Source: Hypanus sabinus (lineage: Eukaryota). From it: a stretch of 64,000 nucleotides of DNA. The position numbers and the translations under genes were made by a program. The stretch lies in NCBI RefSeq assembly GCF_030144855.1, contig NC_082716.1, positions 44,950,001 through 45,014,000 on the forward strand, written 5' to 3'. Below the pieces are notes generated by a model, which saw only the letters and a program-made list of their open reading frames with translations, did no database searches and had not been told where the DNA came from. Shown piece after piece: positions 1 through 12,590 of the stretch (positions within the stretch are counted from its first letter, which is position 1; each line of letters starts with the position of its first letter).

Positions 1-834
1 ATCAAGTCAACTGGTTCCCAAAGAGAACTTTGATAGGCTAATCAGATGGTTCACTGCTGATCAGCGAAAGAACATTAAAAAAAAGTGTGTACAATTAAGA
101 AACATACTCTCTGGGCTGCTTCTGGCATGTACTCAACCTTTCCAAATCAATGTGGCGGGTTCCAAATCAAAACTTCCCATTTAGGTGGATGGGGACCAAA
201 ACAACTCCGCTTCAAATATAATACCACCGTGGTCGCTCCAAACTTCTCCACTTCTCCTGCTTCTCCAGGAACATGCCTCTGCCTTGCTCTAGTCTGTCTT
301 GCATTCACAGGCCTCGACCTACCGATCAGCCTCTCCTTCGCTCACTACTTCATTGTTTGCAGTAATGGTTTACCACAATTTTCCATATTAAAAAAAGTGT
401 TATTAATAGAGCATTTAGTCAAGTTTGTTGCTTTGAAAACACCCAGTAAGTTGTTGCCCACCTTCAGTAACACCATCTTGAACCAAAGTTAGATCACTTC
501 TCACTTACCTGATCTCTGGAAAATGTAGACCTTGTCTGCTTAATGGCTTCTTGTTGAACAAATTTCACCTCTGTGGCTGAGTGGCTTGTGTGTTCTTATT
601 TATGTGTATATGTTACCTTGTCAAATGATTAAATTCGGAATATATCCAAATTTGTGCTATTTTTTCACTTGCGACATATCTAAATCCAAGTTATAATTTC
701 CTAAATTATATCAAGATGATATTTGCTTAATTCTCATTTCAACCATTTTGTGAGTTATTGGTGAGTGTGAGTGCATGAATGTCACAGGGACATAGCTGTT
801 GGTGTTGGTGCTGCACAGATTCAGTGCCTTTGGT

Positions 835-1010
835 TGATTTGCCCTAATTTCCTCCCATGTCCCAAAGGTAAATTAATTGGCTACTGTAAATTGACAGGTT
901 GTCTGAAAGTAGGAGTAGTTGACGGGCATGTAAGAAATTTAAGGAATAGGAATCCTCTCAGGGTTGGCATGGACACTCGGGGCTGGATGACCAGCTCGTG
1001 TGATTTTAAA
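835..1010 (+). mobile_element. Degenerate tRNA-derived SINE fragment (HE1/V-SINE-like)
   Basis: 'tttcctcccatgtcccaaag...ttaattggctactgtaaattg' resembles the central domain of shark SINEs; a related motif occurs near 60700. Confidence 0.4.
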
Positions 1011-1811
1011 AAGATGAGAAATAATGAAAAGGTAAATTTTCATACAGATCCAAAGCATCCAGAAGACACTTAGTCATTCTATTTGTGTGTCAGCATTTCA
1101 GATTTGATTCCAGTTGTGTTAAATGTATGTGTAGATAACTTGAATTATCAGAAGGAATTGTCCTATCAACTGCGAAGAAGTATAATTCAAAAGCTGCTTA
1201 GTTGTTTTTCTTGATTGTCATCAGAATAATTGAGATATTTAAAACAAGTCTTTATAATCTGCTAAAACCCTACAATTGTTGAGGTTGTTATTTTTGTATG
1301 GTTTTCTTATTATTAATGCATTTGTGACCTACAGATGAAGATTTGCATAATAGAGGAAGTGTAAGTTGTATTGTGATTTCAATTCATTATGAGAATTTTG
1401 AAGTTTCTTTGTCCTTGGGTATAAATGCATGAATAATTCTGAATTCATTGTGAAAGATTTTTTTTGTAATTTTTTTTATTGCACTCTTTTTAGGGCTTTC
1501 AATATTCTGAAATGGTTTACATTTTGCAAACTAAATTATAATCAGCTTTAGTTGGTTACTTTTAAAAAAAAGTATAATATTGAAAATCTTGTCCATAAGA
1601 TTTTGCTTTACTATTTTTATAGCTTTGATCAGTTCATAACTTAGCCAGCTGCCCAGATGCAGATAACGTTTCAATGCACAAACCAGAGCTAACTACCTAA
1701 GAAATTGACCAATGATTGTTTGGTATGCCAGGGTAGTTTCCTATGCCTGTTTCCTATTTAAATGTTTTGTTAACATTATTGTTCATGTTTGGATTTTTTA
1801 TCTGTTTGCAG

Positions 1812-2011
1812 TGAGTTTGTTAGTGGTGAGACGTCACAGGATCCAACGTATGGATCTACTGGTCAGTCCTCTTCCTCTTCCAGTTCCTCGACCTTCTGCC
1901 CAAAAACATCATCTAGACCAATTGTGGAAAGGCAACCAAGAATGCTGAACTTTAGAGTGGAATACCGTGACAGAAATGTGGAGGTGGTAGTTGAAGATAC
2001 CAGTACAGTTG
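1812..2011 (+). CDS. FAF1: FAF1 coding exon (equivalent to human exon 4)
   Basis: Acceptor ttgcAG at 1810-1811, donor G|GTAAG at 2012. Encodes (S)EFVSGETSQDPTYGSTGQSSSSSSSSTFCPKTSSRPIVERQPRMLNFRVEYRDRNVEVVVEDTSTV(G), matching recalled FAF1 'RQIVERQPRMLDFRVEYRDRNVDVVLEDTCTVG'. 200 nt, phase 2 to phase 1. Confidence 0.96.
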
Positions 2012-2739
2012 GTAAGATTTTAAAATGAACAGTTCATTAACCGAGAAAGATTTGTGTACCTTTAATGAAAGTGCTAGGTCTCTCAGGTCCCTCAGAACAA
2101 CAGCGCTTATGATCTTTTATATTTTATAAGATACTCAATCTTTCTACTTTTCCACATCATGTTCTGTATTATATTCTATCTAACATATTTTGCCCGCTCA
2201 CAAAGCCTCTTTCTGTATTCCATTTGCAAGTTCCCAGAAAATGAAGCAGTCAGCCTGGTGGCAGCATGGTACACATAGCATTTGGGTATGGGCTGATAAT
2301 CAGAAAGTGAACTTTATTTGACTAATGCAATGAAAATCTCCAGGAAAAAAATTCTCAATCCTTTATTCACTGTCATCATTGTTGTCAAATTTCACATCCG
2401 TTCCTTGGAACTTCGATGGCAAAAGACAACTGCAATAGCAATATTAAAACTGCAGAAGTCTCTGAAGGCAAGTAAGTAATTTAACTCCCAACTTTCCAAA
2501 GTGTGATGAAATAATTGTGATATGTATAGCAGCGTGCAGCTCTAAAAATGCCTTTGGCCTATGCTGTCTGGATGAAAGCAAACTGCTTGATCAACCATCC
2601 ATCATTGCATTGGATCTGCTTGCGAGTCAAGTGAGCAGTTTTGTTATCTCTGTTTCAGTCTGCTACATATGAAAACCACGGCTATATCTATGGACTATAT
2701 AGTTAATGGTATCATTTTAAGGTGATTTTAAAAAAATAT

Positions 2740-3965
2740 ATCACTCAAAGTCAATGAAACTTGAATGGACTCTGGTTGCTGGCACAATTCCCCTTTTAGA
2801 CAGTGGAAAAGAGGGTGCCGCTCTGCTTTCAAGGCATCTAAGGAAATGTGGCTTTTGACTCCCAGTACTGACCATTCTGCTGTTAAATGTACTGTCTCTG
2901 GCAAATAAAATCAGAGATCTCAGAGCTAGACTGCTGTACCAGAGGGACATTAGGACCAGTTGTGTTTTTTGTTTCATGAAGTCTTGGATGTACCGTACCA
3001 TTTTGGATGCAGCGATATAGCTGGCTATCTTCACAATTCACAGCCAAGATAGTACTCCTTTCAAAGGCAGTGGAAGATGCTTTATGATCAACTTCTTGCT
3101 GTCTATAAATGTTGTAGTGCTGTCTCAGTCCTGCTCACCCAATCTGGAACATCTCGCAATTAAGTATCATCCATTTTATCTGCCGTGGGAGATTTCAATT
3201 TTCATCTTGGTAGCAGTGTACATTCCACCTCAGGCCATTGTCAAGCAGGCTTTAGATGAACTGAGCTATGTAATCAACAGGCTTGAAACAGTGCATCCTA
3301 ATACCTTTTCCATCATCTGAGATCTTAATCACCCAGTTTGAAAAAAACCCTCTAAATAATTGTTACCAACAAATCACTTGTGAAACCAGAGGAGCCAGTG
3401 CACTGGACCTCTGCTACACTACCATCAAGAGTGTTTACTGTGCCATCCCGTGCCTGCACTTTGGAAAGGCTGATCACCTGGCTGTACTTCTACTCCCTGA
3501 GAAAAGACTGAAGACTGCAGCACCAGTAGGTTTGGACAAGGGAGGTGCAGAAACTCTTGCAGGACTGCTTTGTATTGGTGTACTGGACTCTATTCAGAGA
3601 TTCATCTTAAAGTCTGAATGATTATGCCACTGCTTTCATGGACTTTGTTAAAACCTGTATGCCTGTGAGAACATACTGTATATATCCAAATCAAAACCTG
3701 TGGATGAACCAGGATGATTGTAGTTTGTTGTGGGTTAGATCTGTGGCATTCAAGTCTGGAGACCAAGGACTATTTAAAAAAAAATCCAGATACAACATAT
3801 GGTGGGCTACCTCAAACAACGGAACACTTTTGAATGAGGTTGGAGGTGGAATCGGGTGGACATCAACTCTGGCAGGGCTTGCAGGCCATTACTTCCTACA
3901 AAGTGAAAAGTAACACCATGAATGGCACTGATGCCTCATTCTCATATAAGCTCAGTACCTTTTAT
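2740..3965 (+). mobile_element. Rex1/Babar-like LINE, decayed APE region
   Basis: Fragments LLNVLSLANKIRDLRARLLYQRD, SCSPNLEHLAIK, AVYIPPQA, LDLCYTTIK, FGKADH, YPNQNLWMN across frameshifts. Confidence 0.75.
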
Positions 3966-4106
3966 GTAATTCCTTGGCTTATCCTTACAATCCTCATATA
4001 AAGGCAAAATACTAACCATTTTTCAACACCCTCTCTGTGGCTAAAGAAAATACAAAGATCTCTGTCAGGGCTCCAACAGTTTGTTCCCTTGCTTCCCCAC
4101 AATGAC

Positions 4107-5078
4107 CAAGATGGCGGCGTGACGCAGTTTGCAGTGGCCACTCTGGAGCTGATATCTGTTATTTGTTAAGTGGGGTGCCGTGCACAATCCTAATCTGATG
4201 AAAAATTAACGTGTGAGCATGGAGGAACATCTGGAAATCTCTAGGAAGGCCTTCTTCGTTGCTGCTGCTGTTGTGAGGTCTGGGTCTCTGCTGAGAAGAA
4301 CAGGCCCATGGTCCTCGTCCTCGCATTGCCGGTGGCCGTCGTAGTACGCTCAGCAGAGGATGGTGCTCAGAGAGGCTGAGCCAGAGGGGATGGTCAGAGG
4401 CTTGGAGGTTGGACGGACTCGGAGTCCTCTGTGGTCAGGGCGCTTTCACTGTGTGCTGCGTCTGCGAGGCTGAGTCTGATGGAGCTTTCATTGTGTGCTG
4501 TGTCTGCAAGGCTGAGTCTGGTGTCGTGGAAGTCCTTAGTGGGGGTATTCGCTTCTGCTGCCAGCGTGGGATGATGAGTCTATCGGGACCCTGAGGACTT
4601 GTGGAAACTGTGTGGTGGTTTCTTTCGAATTTATAGTCTTTTAACATCTTTGGGCTATTTTTTTTACTGTGCCCATGGTCTGTTTTTTAATCAATTATGG
4701 TATTGTCTGCACTGTTGTAACTATATGTTAACTGTAACTATATGTAACTGTGGTTTTGTGTAGGTCTTGTAGCTTTAGTTTTTGGCTTGTTGGGTGGTAG
4801 AGTTGGTCTCTTGACTTGGTGTGTCTGGGTATTCTTGTTTTGTTTGGTGGGTTTGGAGCTCCTTTCCAAGGAACGCGTTAAGATGGTAACGCGATATTAA
4901 TATGCAGCAGCCTCTCCGGACTCTGGATTTGGTGATTACCAAATGTTATGTGGATTTTCTGGTGTAGTCTGTTTTGTCGTGTGCTTTTGTGATATCATTC
5001 TGGAGAACGTTGTCTTTTTTTTGTTAAAACTGCATTGCATTTGTGGTTTCTAAATGACAATAAACTGAACTGAACTGA
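4107..5078 (+). mobile_element. Unclassified non-coding retroposon-like element
   Basis: Starts CAAGATGGCG, is GC-richer than its flanks, ends AATAAAC(TGAAC)2TGA. Splits an old minus-strand CR1 remnant (cttgcttccccacaatgac | tatacttggtcagaccctagg). Confidence 0.6.
4442..4523 (+). repeat. About 42-bp tandem repeat, 2 copies
   Basis: gctttcactgtgtgctgcgtctgcgaggctgagtctgatgga / gctttcattgtgtgctgtgtctgcaaggctgagtctggtg. Confidence 0.85.
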
Positions 5079-5981
5079 TATACTTGGTCAGACCCTAGGA
5101 TCCACCTTGAAGATGGCCATCATCATTTTTTCATAAAGTATGTGTTTTATGCAAACACGGTTCTGTTGCCTGAACACACTAACTTCCAAGTCCTTCTCCA
5201 TGGTAAATACAATTGAGAACTATTTGCTTAAGTACTTGCCCTTCCTCCTGTGGTTCAACACATAAATGACCACACTGATCCATAGGAGAGCAGTGAATCT
5301 CTGACTCAATATCTTTTTGCCCTTCTAATTTCCTTAAGTGTAATACTTCATTACGTGTATTTCTCAAGGGCTTTTCTTGATCTCCGTTGACTATACCTAA
5401 AGTTTACCTCCTTTATCCTGATCTGGGTCTTAATATCTTTTGTCAGCCAGGGTTGCTTAAACCTGCTGGTCTTCCTCTGTGACACATCAACCACTTGCTT
5501 GACCTCATTTCTCAAGAGGAGGTAGAGTAATAGGGCCAGTAGTAGTCAAGTAAGGCTATCTACATATTGCTTCAGAAACTCTTCTGGTTGCTTTCAACAG
5601 ATTCTGCCTCATCTAATTCTGTCGCACTGTCAATATTCCCCTGATCTATCCCTATGGCCTTGCAGGTTAATGTCACTGATGCCTTTTTAATTCCCATTTT
5701 GAAAAGATTGATTTTCTTTGCTTGACCACCCTTTGTTGGTTTATCAAATTTTAAGATTTGTCTTTGGAATGTTAAGAAGCTTCCTCTATTTCTGTGAGTG
5801 AGCCATTGTATTGTGGTAATTTTTTATCTCCTGAATTTCACCTTGGGATATATCTGAGTCATATCGATTGGTATATTTTAATTATTTATTGGTTATTTTA
5901 GTTCTCACTCTTTTCTAATTTCTGAAATTCAAGAGATTAAATTAGGTTATGTTTAACTATTTCTCATGTTGATGGCTTAAA

Positions 5982-6108
5982 TGAAGAAGGGTCTTGGCCC
6001 AAAGCATCAGCTGTTTGTTCATTTCCATGAATGCTGCCTGAACTGTTGAGTTTCTCCTGTTTTTTGTATGTGTTATTTTGGGTTTCCAACATCTGCAGAA
6101 TTTCTCAT
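5982..6108 (+). mobile_element. Penelope-like element terminal repeat (degenerate)
   Basis: tgaagaagggtcttggccc...gctgcctgaactgttgagtt...ccaacatctgcagaatttctc, homologous to 21329-21460. Confidence 0.75.
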
Positions 6109-6119
6109 GACTATTAAAA

Positions 6120-6450
6120 AAAGCTGGATAGAATGGACATGGAGATGTTATTTCTAATAGCGGGAGAGTGTAGGACCAGAGGACTCAGCCTCCGAATAGA
6201 TGGACATCACTTTTGTTTGTCAGAAGATAGTGAATCTGTGGAATTCTATGCCACAGATGGCTGTGGAGGCCAGATTTTTGGGTATATTGAAAATAGAGGC
6301 CCACGGTTCTTGATTAATAAGGGTGTCAAAGGTTATGTGGTGAAGGCAGGAGAATGAGTTTGAGAGGGAAAATAAATTGGCCATTGTTGAATAGCGGAGC
6401 AGAATCGATGGGTCAAATTGCCCAATTCTGTTTCTGTTTTATGATCTTGT
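6120..6450 (+). mobile_element. CR1 LINE 3' end fragment
   Basis: 'RMDMEMLF..GECRTRGLSLRI' followed by a CR1-type 3' UTR. Confidence 0.7.
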
Positions 6451-6834
6451 TAATGATGACTGTGAAAGTACTGGGTTGTTACTTGGAAAAAATACAGCTG
6501 GTTCACTGCAGTCCTTCAGAGAAGGAAATTTACAATCTTTGCCTAACCTGGCCTAACTGCACCAATGTTGTTCTCAGTTCTTAAGGACAGTCAATAAATG
6601 CCAGTATTGTCTATTGCAGCCATGTCCTCTGAATCTTTTTTTAAAAAAATCCTGTATTTCTACTTTTCTTGCCATTTCCTTGGAGGTTTTACTTTCAGCT
6701 GAAGGTAATTGTGCCTTCAGTTCACTGTCCTAAGGTGGTTCTTTTGACATTATAGTGCTCCTTCAAATCCAGTGGGTTGTCAATTTAATGTTCAAATGAC
6801 TGAAATGGATTTTGTCTATGTATAAAATCTATAC

Positions 6835-9465
6835 TAGACAATCTTGAACTTCATCTACAGATTGGCAAATATGATGATGTGGCCATCTCTGAAACTTGGC
6901 TAAAAGATGACTGCCATTGGGAGCCAACTGTCCAAGGATATACGGTGTATTGGAACGATAAGTTACTAGGCAGAGGAGGTGGTGTGGCCCTGTGTATAAG
7001 AAATATTAGATCATTAGAAAGAGGTGACATAGGATTGGAAGGTGTAGTGTCTCTATGGGTTGAGTTAGGAAATGGCAAGGGTAAAAGGACCCTCATGGCA
7101 GTTGTGTACAAGTCTCCAGACAGCATCTGGGATGTAGATTACAAATCATAGCAGGAGATAGAAAAGGTGTGTCAGAAGGGCAATGGCATGATAATCATTG
7201 GGGATTTTAACATGAAAGTAGATTTGGAAAACCAGGTCAGTACTGGACTTCAAGAGAGAATTTATAGAATGTCTAATCATGGCTTTTAAGAACAGCTTGT
7301 TGTTTAGTCCACTAGGGGATCGGCTGTACTGGATTGAGTGTTGTGCAATGATCCAGAGGAAATAAGACGCTTAAGGTTAAGGAACCCTTGGGGAACAGTG
7401 ATCACAATATGATCGAGTTCACTTTGCAATTTGAGAAGGAGAAACTAAAATCCAGTGTGTTGGTATTTCAATGGAATAAAGGAAATTACAATGGCTAAAG
7501 CTAGTGGGAAGATGGAGGATTGCAAAGCTTTCAAAAACTTGCAGAAGGAAACTAAGAAGGTCATTAGGAAGGATAAGATGAATTATGAAAGGAAGCTGGC
7601 GATTAATATCAAGGAAGATACTAAAAGCTTTTTTAAAGTATATTAAGTGTAAAAGAGAGTTGAGGGTAGCTATAGGACCAATAGAGAATGACACTGGAGA
7701 TATTGTAATGAGAGCAGCAGAGACGGCAGAGGAACTGAATGTGTATGTTCCATCAGTCTTCACAGTGGAAGACATCTGCAGTATACCAGACATTCAAGAG
7801 TGACAGGGAAGTGAAGTATGTGCATTGAAAATTACAACTGTGAAGGTGCTCAGGGGGCTTAATAGTCTGAGGACGAATTAATCTCCTGGACCTGTTGGAA
7901 TGCACCCTCGGGTTCTGAAGGAAGTAGCTGAAAAGATTGTGGAGGCATGAAACAATGATCTTTTAGGAATTGATAGATTCTGGCATTGTACCAGATGACT
8001 GGAAAATTGCAAATATTACTCCGCTAGTTAAGAAGGGTGGGAAGCAGCAGAAAGGAAACTATAGACCTTTTAGCCTGACATCAGTGGTTGGGAAGTTGTT
8101 GAAATCGATTGTTAGGGATGAGATTACGGAGTAGCTGGAGGTACATGACAAGATAGGCCAAAGCTAGCATGGTTTCCTGAAAGGAAAATCCTGCCTGACA
8201 AACCTACTGCAGTTTTTTTGCAGGAATTACAAGCAGGGTAGACAAAAGAGATGCCGTAGATGTGGTGTACTTGGATTTTCAGAAGGCCTTTGACAAGGTG
8301 CTGCACATGAGGTGCTCAGCAAGATAAGAGCCCATGGAATTACAGGGGATTTACTAGCATGGGTGGAGCATTGGCTGATTGGCAGAAAACAGAGTGGGAA
8401 TAAAGGTATCCTATTCTGGGTGGCTGCCGGTTACCAGTGGAGTTCTGGCTGGCTGCTGATTACCATTCGATGTTGGGACTGCTGCTTTTTATGATCTATG
8501 TCAATGATTTGGACTATGGGATTAATGGATTTGTGGCCAAGTTTTCCAATGATACAAAGATAGTGGAGGAGTGGGTAGTGTTGAGGAAACAGAGAGCCTG
8601 TAGAGAGACTTAGATAGTTTAGGGGAATGGGCAAAGAATGGCAAATGAAATACAATGTTAGAAAGTGTATGGTCATGCACTTTGGTTGAAGAAATAAATG
8701 GGCAGACTATTATTTAGATGGCACAAGAATTCAAAATGTAGAGATGTAAAGGGACTTGGGACTCCTTGTGCAGGATACCCTAAAAGTTAACCTCCAGGTT
8801 GGGTCAGTGGTGAAGAAGGTGGATGCAATGTTGGCATTCATTTCTAGAGGTATCGAATACAAGAGCAGGGATGTGATGTTGAGGCTCTGTAAGGCACTCA
8901 TGAGACCACATTGGGGTACTGTGTGCAGTTTTGGGTCCTTATTTTAGAAAGGATATACTGACATTGGAGAGGGTTCAGAGAAGATTCATGAGAACGATTC
9001 CAGGAATGAAAGGGTTACCCTCTGAGGAACGTTGGGCTGCTTTTGGGCTGTATTCCCTGGAGTTCAGGAGAATGAAGGAGGGATCTCTTAGAAGCATTCC
9101 GAATGTTAAAAGGCCTGAACAGATTAGATATGGCAAAGTTATTTCCATGGTAGGGGATTCTAGGACAAGAGGTCACAACTTCAGGATTGAAGGGTGTCCA
9201 TTTAGAACAGAGATGTGGAGAAATTACTTTAGTCAGAGGGTGGTAAATCTGTGGAATTTGTTGCTATGAGAGGCTGTGGAGGCCAAGTCATTGGGTGTAT
9301 TTAAGGTAGAGATGGGTAGGTTTTTGATTAGCCAGGGCATCGAAGGGTATGGGAAAAAGCAGGGGAGTGGGGATGACTGGAAGAATTGGATCAGCCCATG
9401 ATTGAATGGTGGAGCGTACTTGGTTGGCCGAATAGCTTTCTGCTCCTCAATCTTATGGTCTTATA
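6835..9465 (+). mobile_element. CR1 LINE, 5'-truncated decayed ORF2 (APE+RT) plus 3' UTR
   Basis: VAISETWL, GGGVAL, GDFN, SDHN, NYRPFSLTSVVGK, HGFLKGKSCLTNLL, YLDFQKAFDKV, KFSNDTK, LERVQRRF, RTRGH motifs; ends tcttatggtcttat; many stops and frameshifts. Confidence 0.9.
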
Positions 9466-9618
9466 TCAATTTATTTTATTATCACCTCTGTAAACATCAT
9501 ATTCTAAACTATATTTCGTGGCAAACCTTTAATTTATTATTAGTTTTGTTTCCTCAGTAATTGAAACTTTCTGTAGATCCAGCAAATGTGATTTTTTAAA
9601 AATTTCTAATTTTTGCAG

Positions 9619-9710
9619 GTGCTATCAAGCAAATTTTAGAAAATGAGCTGCAGATTCCTGTACCACAAATGCTGTTAAAAGGTTGGAAGTCAGCAGATGT
9701 AAATGACAGT
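9619..9710 (+). CDS. FAF1: FAF1 coding exon (equivalent to human exon 5)
   Basis: tttttgcAG|GT acceptor, AGT|GTGAGT donor. 92 nt encoding (G)AIKQILENELQIPVPQMLLKGWKSADVNDS, in frame with the previous exon; matches FAF1 'GEIKQILENELQIPVSKMLLKGWK'. Not in the ORF track. Confidence 0.97.
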
Positions 9711-9744
9711 GTGAGTTTATACTGCTTTTTAAGAGATTAAAAAG

Positions 9745-10000
9745 TTAAAGATCTGCTTCATTTGTCACATGTACATTGAAACATATAGTGAAATGTCTTG
9801 TTTGTATCAGTGACAAACACAGTCTGATAATGTGCTTGTGGCTTCCCTCAATTGTCACCATGCTTCTGATGCCAACACAGCATACTCCGAACTTGCCCTA
9901 ACCTTTATGTCTTTGGAATCAGTTGGAAACTAGAGCACCCATCAGAAGCCCATGTAGTCACAGGGAGAACATACAAACTTCTTACAGACAACAGTAGGAA
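9745..10000 (-). mobile_element. SINE (V-SINE/HE1-like) fragment
   Basis: Reverse complement resembles the SINE at 60620-60870 (tccaaagac, gcatcagaagcatggtgacaattg, gtacatgtgacaaat). Confidence 0.55.
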
Positions 10001-10290
10001 GTGAAATGTCAGTTCAACTTGCCTTGAATCCTAGGGACTTTAACTTTTTAAACCAACCCAGCATGTCACAGCCTTGTCAAATGCCGTATTAAAATCCTTA
10101 TAGACTGTATCAACTATACGGTTCTCCAATGTATTTTGTTACTTCAAATCATTCTGTCGAATTGGTCATCCTCTGACTAAGAAAGTGCTTACAATTGTTA
10201 ATTAATTTGTCTTTCAAAGTGCAGATTAAATCTATCCCTTTTTTTTTCCAATTTTCCTACCATTAATGTTGGACTCACTGACTTGTAATT

Positions 10291-10915
10291 ATATAACCAT
10301 TTAACAATTACAGCACGGAAACAGGCCATCTTGGCCCTTCTAGTCCGTGCCGAACACTTACTCTCACCTAGTCCTACCGACCTGCACTCAGCCCATAACT
10401 CTCCATTCCTTTCCTGTCCATATACCTATCCAATTTTTTTTTAAATGACAATATTGAACCTGCCTCTACCACTTCTGCTGGAAGCTTGTTCCATACAGCT
10501 ACCACTCTCTGAATGAAGAAGTTCCCCCTCGTGTTACCCCTAAACTTTTGCCCCTTAACTCTCAACTCATGTCCTCTTGTTTGAATCTCCCCTATGCTCA
10601 CTGGATAAAGCCTTTACACGTCGACTCTATCTATCTCCCTCATAATTTTAAATACCCCTATCCAGTCCCCCCTCAACCTTCTACGCTCCAAAGAATAAAG
10701 ACCTAACTTGTTCAACCTTTCTCTGTAACTTAGGTGCTGAAACCCAGGTAACATTCTAGTAAATCTCCTCTGTATTGTCTCTATTTTGTTGACACCTTTC
10801 CTATAATTCGGTGACCAGAACTGTACACAATACTCCAAATTTGGCCTCACCAATGCCTTGTACAATTTTAACATTACATCTCAATTCCTATATTCAATAC
10901 TCTGATTTATAAAGG
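10291..10915 (-). mobile_element. CR1 LINE 3' end, relatively young
   Basis: Minus ORFs MLKLYKALVRPNLEYCVQFWSP...LYSLERRRLRGD and QTRGHELRV...; 3' tail at about 10291-10310. Confidence 0.9.
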
Positions 10916-12060
10916 CTGTCATTATATCATTAATGGCATAAATTATATCTCATTTATTGGTGTTTTTTGAATAAAATCAACATATTTGCTGTTCTTCAGT
11001 CATCAGGTATCTTGCCTGTGACCAGCAAAGATTTAGAAACCTTTGTTAGAGCACCAGCAATCCTTTGCTTTACATAGCAGCTTGGCTTGCATTTCATCAG
11101 GCCCTGGAGAATTGGAACTTTTAAGTACACTATGACATCTATTAACCCTATTTAATATGAATATATTCCAAAAAATTATCTACCCCTTCCCTGAATTCTT
11201 TAACTAAATGTTCTTCTCTGTGAATATGTATTAGAAGTATTAAATAAAGACCTCACGTGTGTGCCCCTGCATCACCTCCAGTTTGATATTCTTGTCCTTG
11301 ATGCATCCTGCACTTTTTTCCCCTGATTATCTTCTTTTTGATATATTTATAACATGCGTTGGAGTTTTCCAAATTAATTAGCCTTTTCTCTTTGCTCTTT
11401 TTTTTTCAAGTAGAAGTTCCTACCACCCTTTCACATTGTATACATTTTGAAGGCCTTCCCTTGTTTTCAGTTCACAATACCTAACATATGGTTTTTTTTA
11501 ATCTAGTCCTTGAGTTTTGGGATTTCACATACTTGTTGACAGTATCTTTCACCCAACTTTCTTTGTCTCACTCTTGAATAACTTCACTTGTCAGTTGTGG
11601 ACCTGATTGCTATTAGTTGCTCTGCTTACATTTGCCAGGTCCATTGTTGTTGAAATCACCTTCCTCCAATTCATAACCTTCCAAAATCATGGTTACTGTT
11701 GCCAAAGTGCTTTCCTGCTAGCATCTCCAACACTTGCTCAGTTACCTTACCTAATATAAAATCTAGCTTTGGCCTTGTTCAAAAATTTCACTTTGCAGTA
11801 GTTTAATGTGAAAGTTGTCGATGGGGTGGAATTTTTTTAAACTGTTCCTAGTTAACATTGGATAAGTTGACATTTCCTACCTTAGCTCTGGATTTGTCAA
11901 CATGTCTGCTCCTTTAAATGCTGCTGACTATTAGCACACCTTTAGTATATCCCCAACAAAGTGTTTGCCCCCTCTTTGTTCCTAAGGTCTACCCATATGG
12001 CCTCATTTTGAAGAACTGTCTAGGATACCCTCCCACATTACTGCAGTAATGATACTTTAT

Positions 12061-12292
12061 TCCAAGCACAACATGCTGGAAGAACTCAGCAGGTCAGACA
12101 GCAACAATGGAAAGGAATAGAGTCGATGTTTTGGGACAAGACCCTTCATCTGAACTGGTGAAAGATCTCGGCCCGAAATTTATTACTTTCCATAGGTGCT
12201 GCCTGATCTGCTGAGTTCCTCCGGGGGAGGGGGGGGGGGTGTGTGTGTGTCTCTCTCTCTCTCTCTCTGGATTTCCAGCATCTGCAGAATCC
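12061..12292. mobile_element. Fold-back pair of Penelope-like termini
   Basis: Minus copy (atgctggaagaactcagcaggtcag...gacccttcatc) directly followed by a plus copy (tctcggcccgaaa...gctgcctgatctgctgagttcctcc...ccagcatctgcag). Confidence 0.75.
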
Positions 12293-12454
12293 TTTTATAC
12301 TGTTATTCAACATTGCAGCATCATCTCTGTGTATCTTGTTGTAACTTTGAAAGGCTGGACCACATTTTAAACAGATACTACTGCCTTGGTTATTTGGGGT
12401 TGGTGCTGTCTTTACTTTGTTATATCCACTGTGTAATCATAGTTCTTAATCAGC

Positions 12455-12590
12455 AATCCTGATGAAGGGTCTTTGTCTGACCCCGAAACGTTGACTGTTC
12501 ATTTCTCTCTGTAGATGACCCCTGACCTGCTGAGTTCCTCCAGCATTTTGTGTGTGTTGCTGCAAGTTTCCAGCTCTTGCAGTCTCTGTT
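12455..12590 (+). mobile_element. Penelope-like terminal repeat with hammerhead-like core
   Basis: CTGATGA (12459-12465) a gggt..accc c GAAAC GTT gactg, followed by ctgacctgctgagttcctccagcattttgtgtgtg. Confidence 0.75.

Noticed and set aside
85-492. 135-aa ORF as a gene
   Set aside because: Non-ATG start, no recognisable domain, intronic; overlaps a probable minus-strand non-coding repeat.
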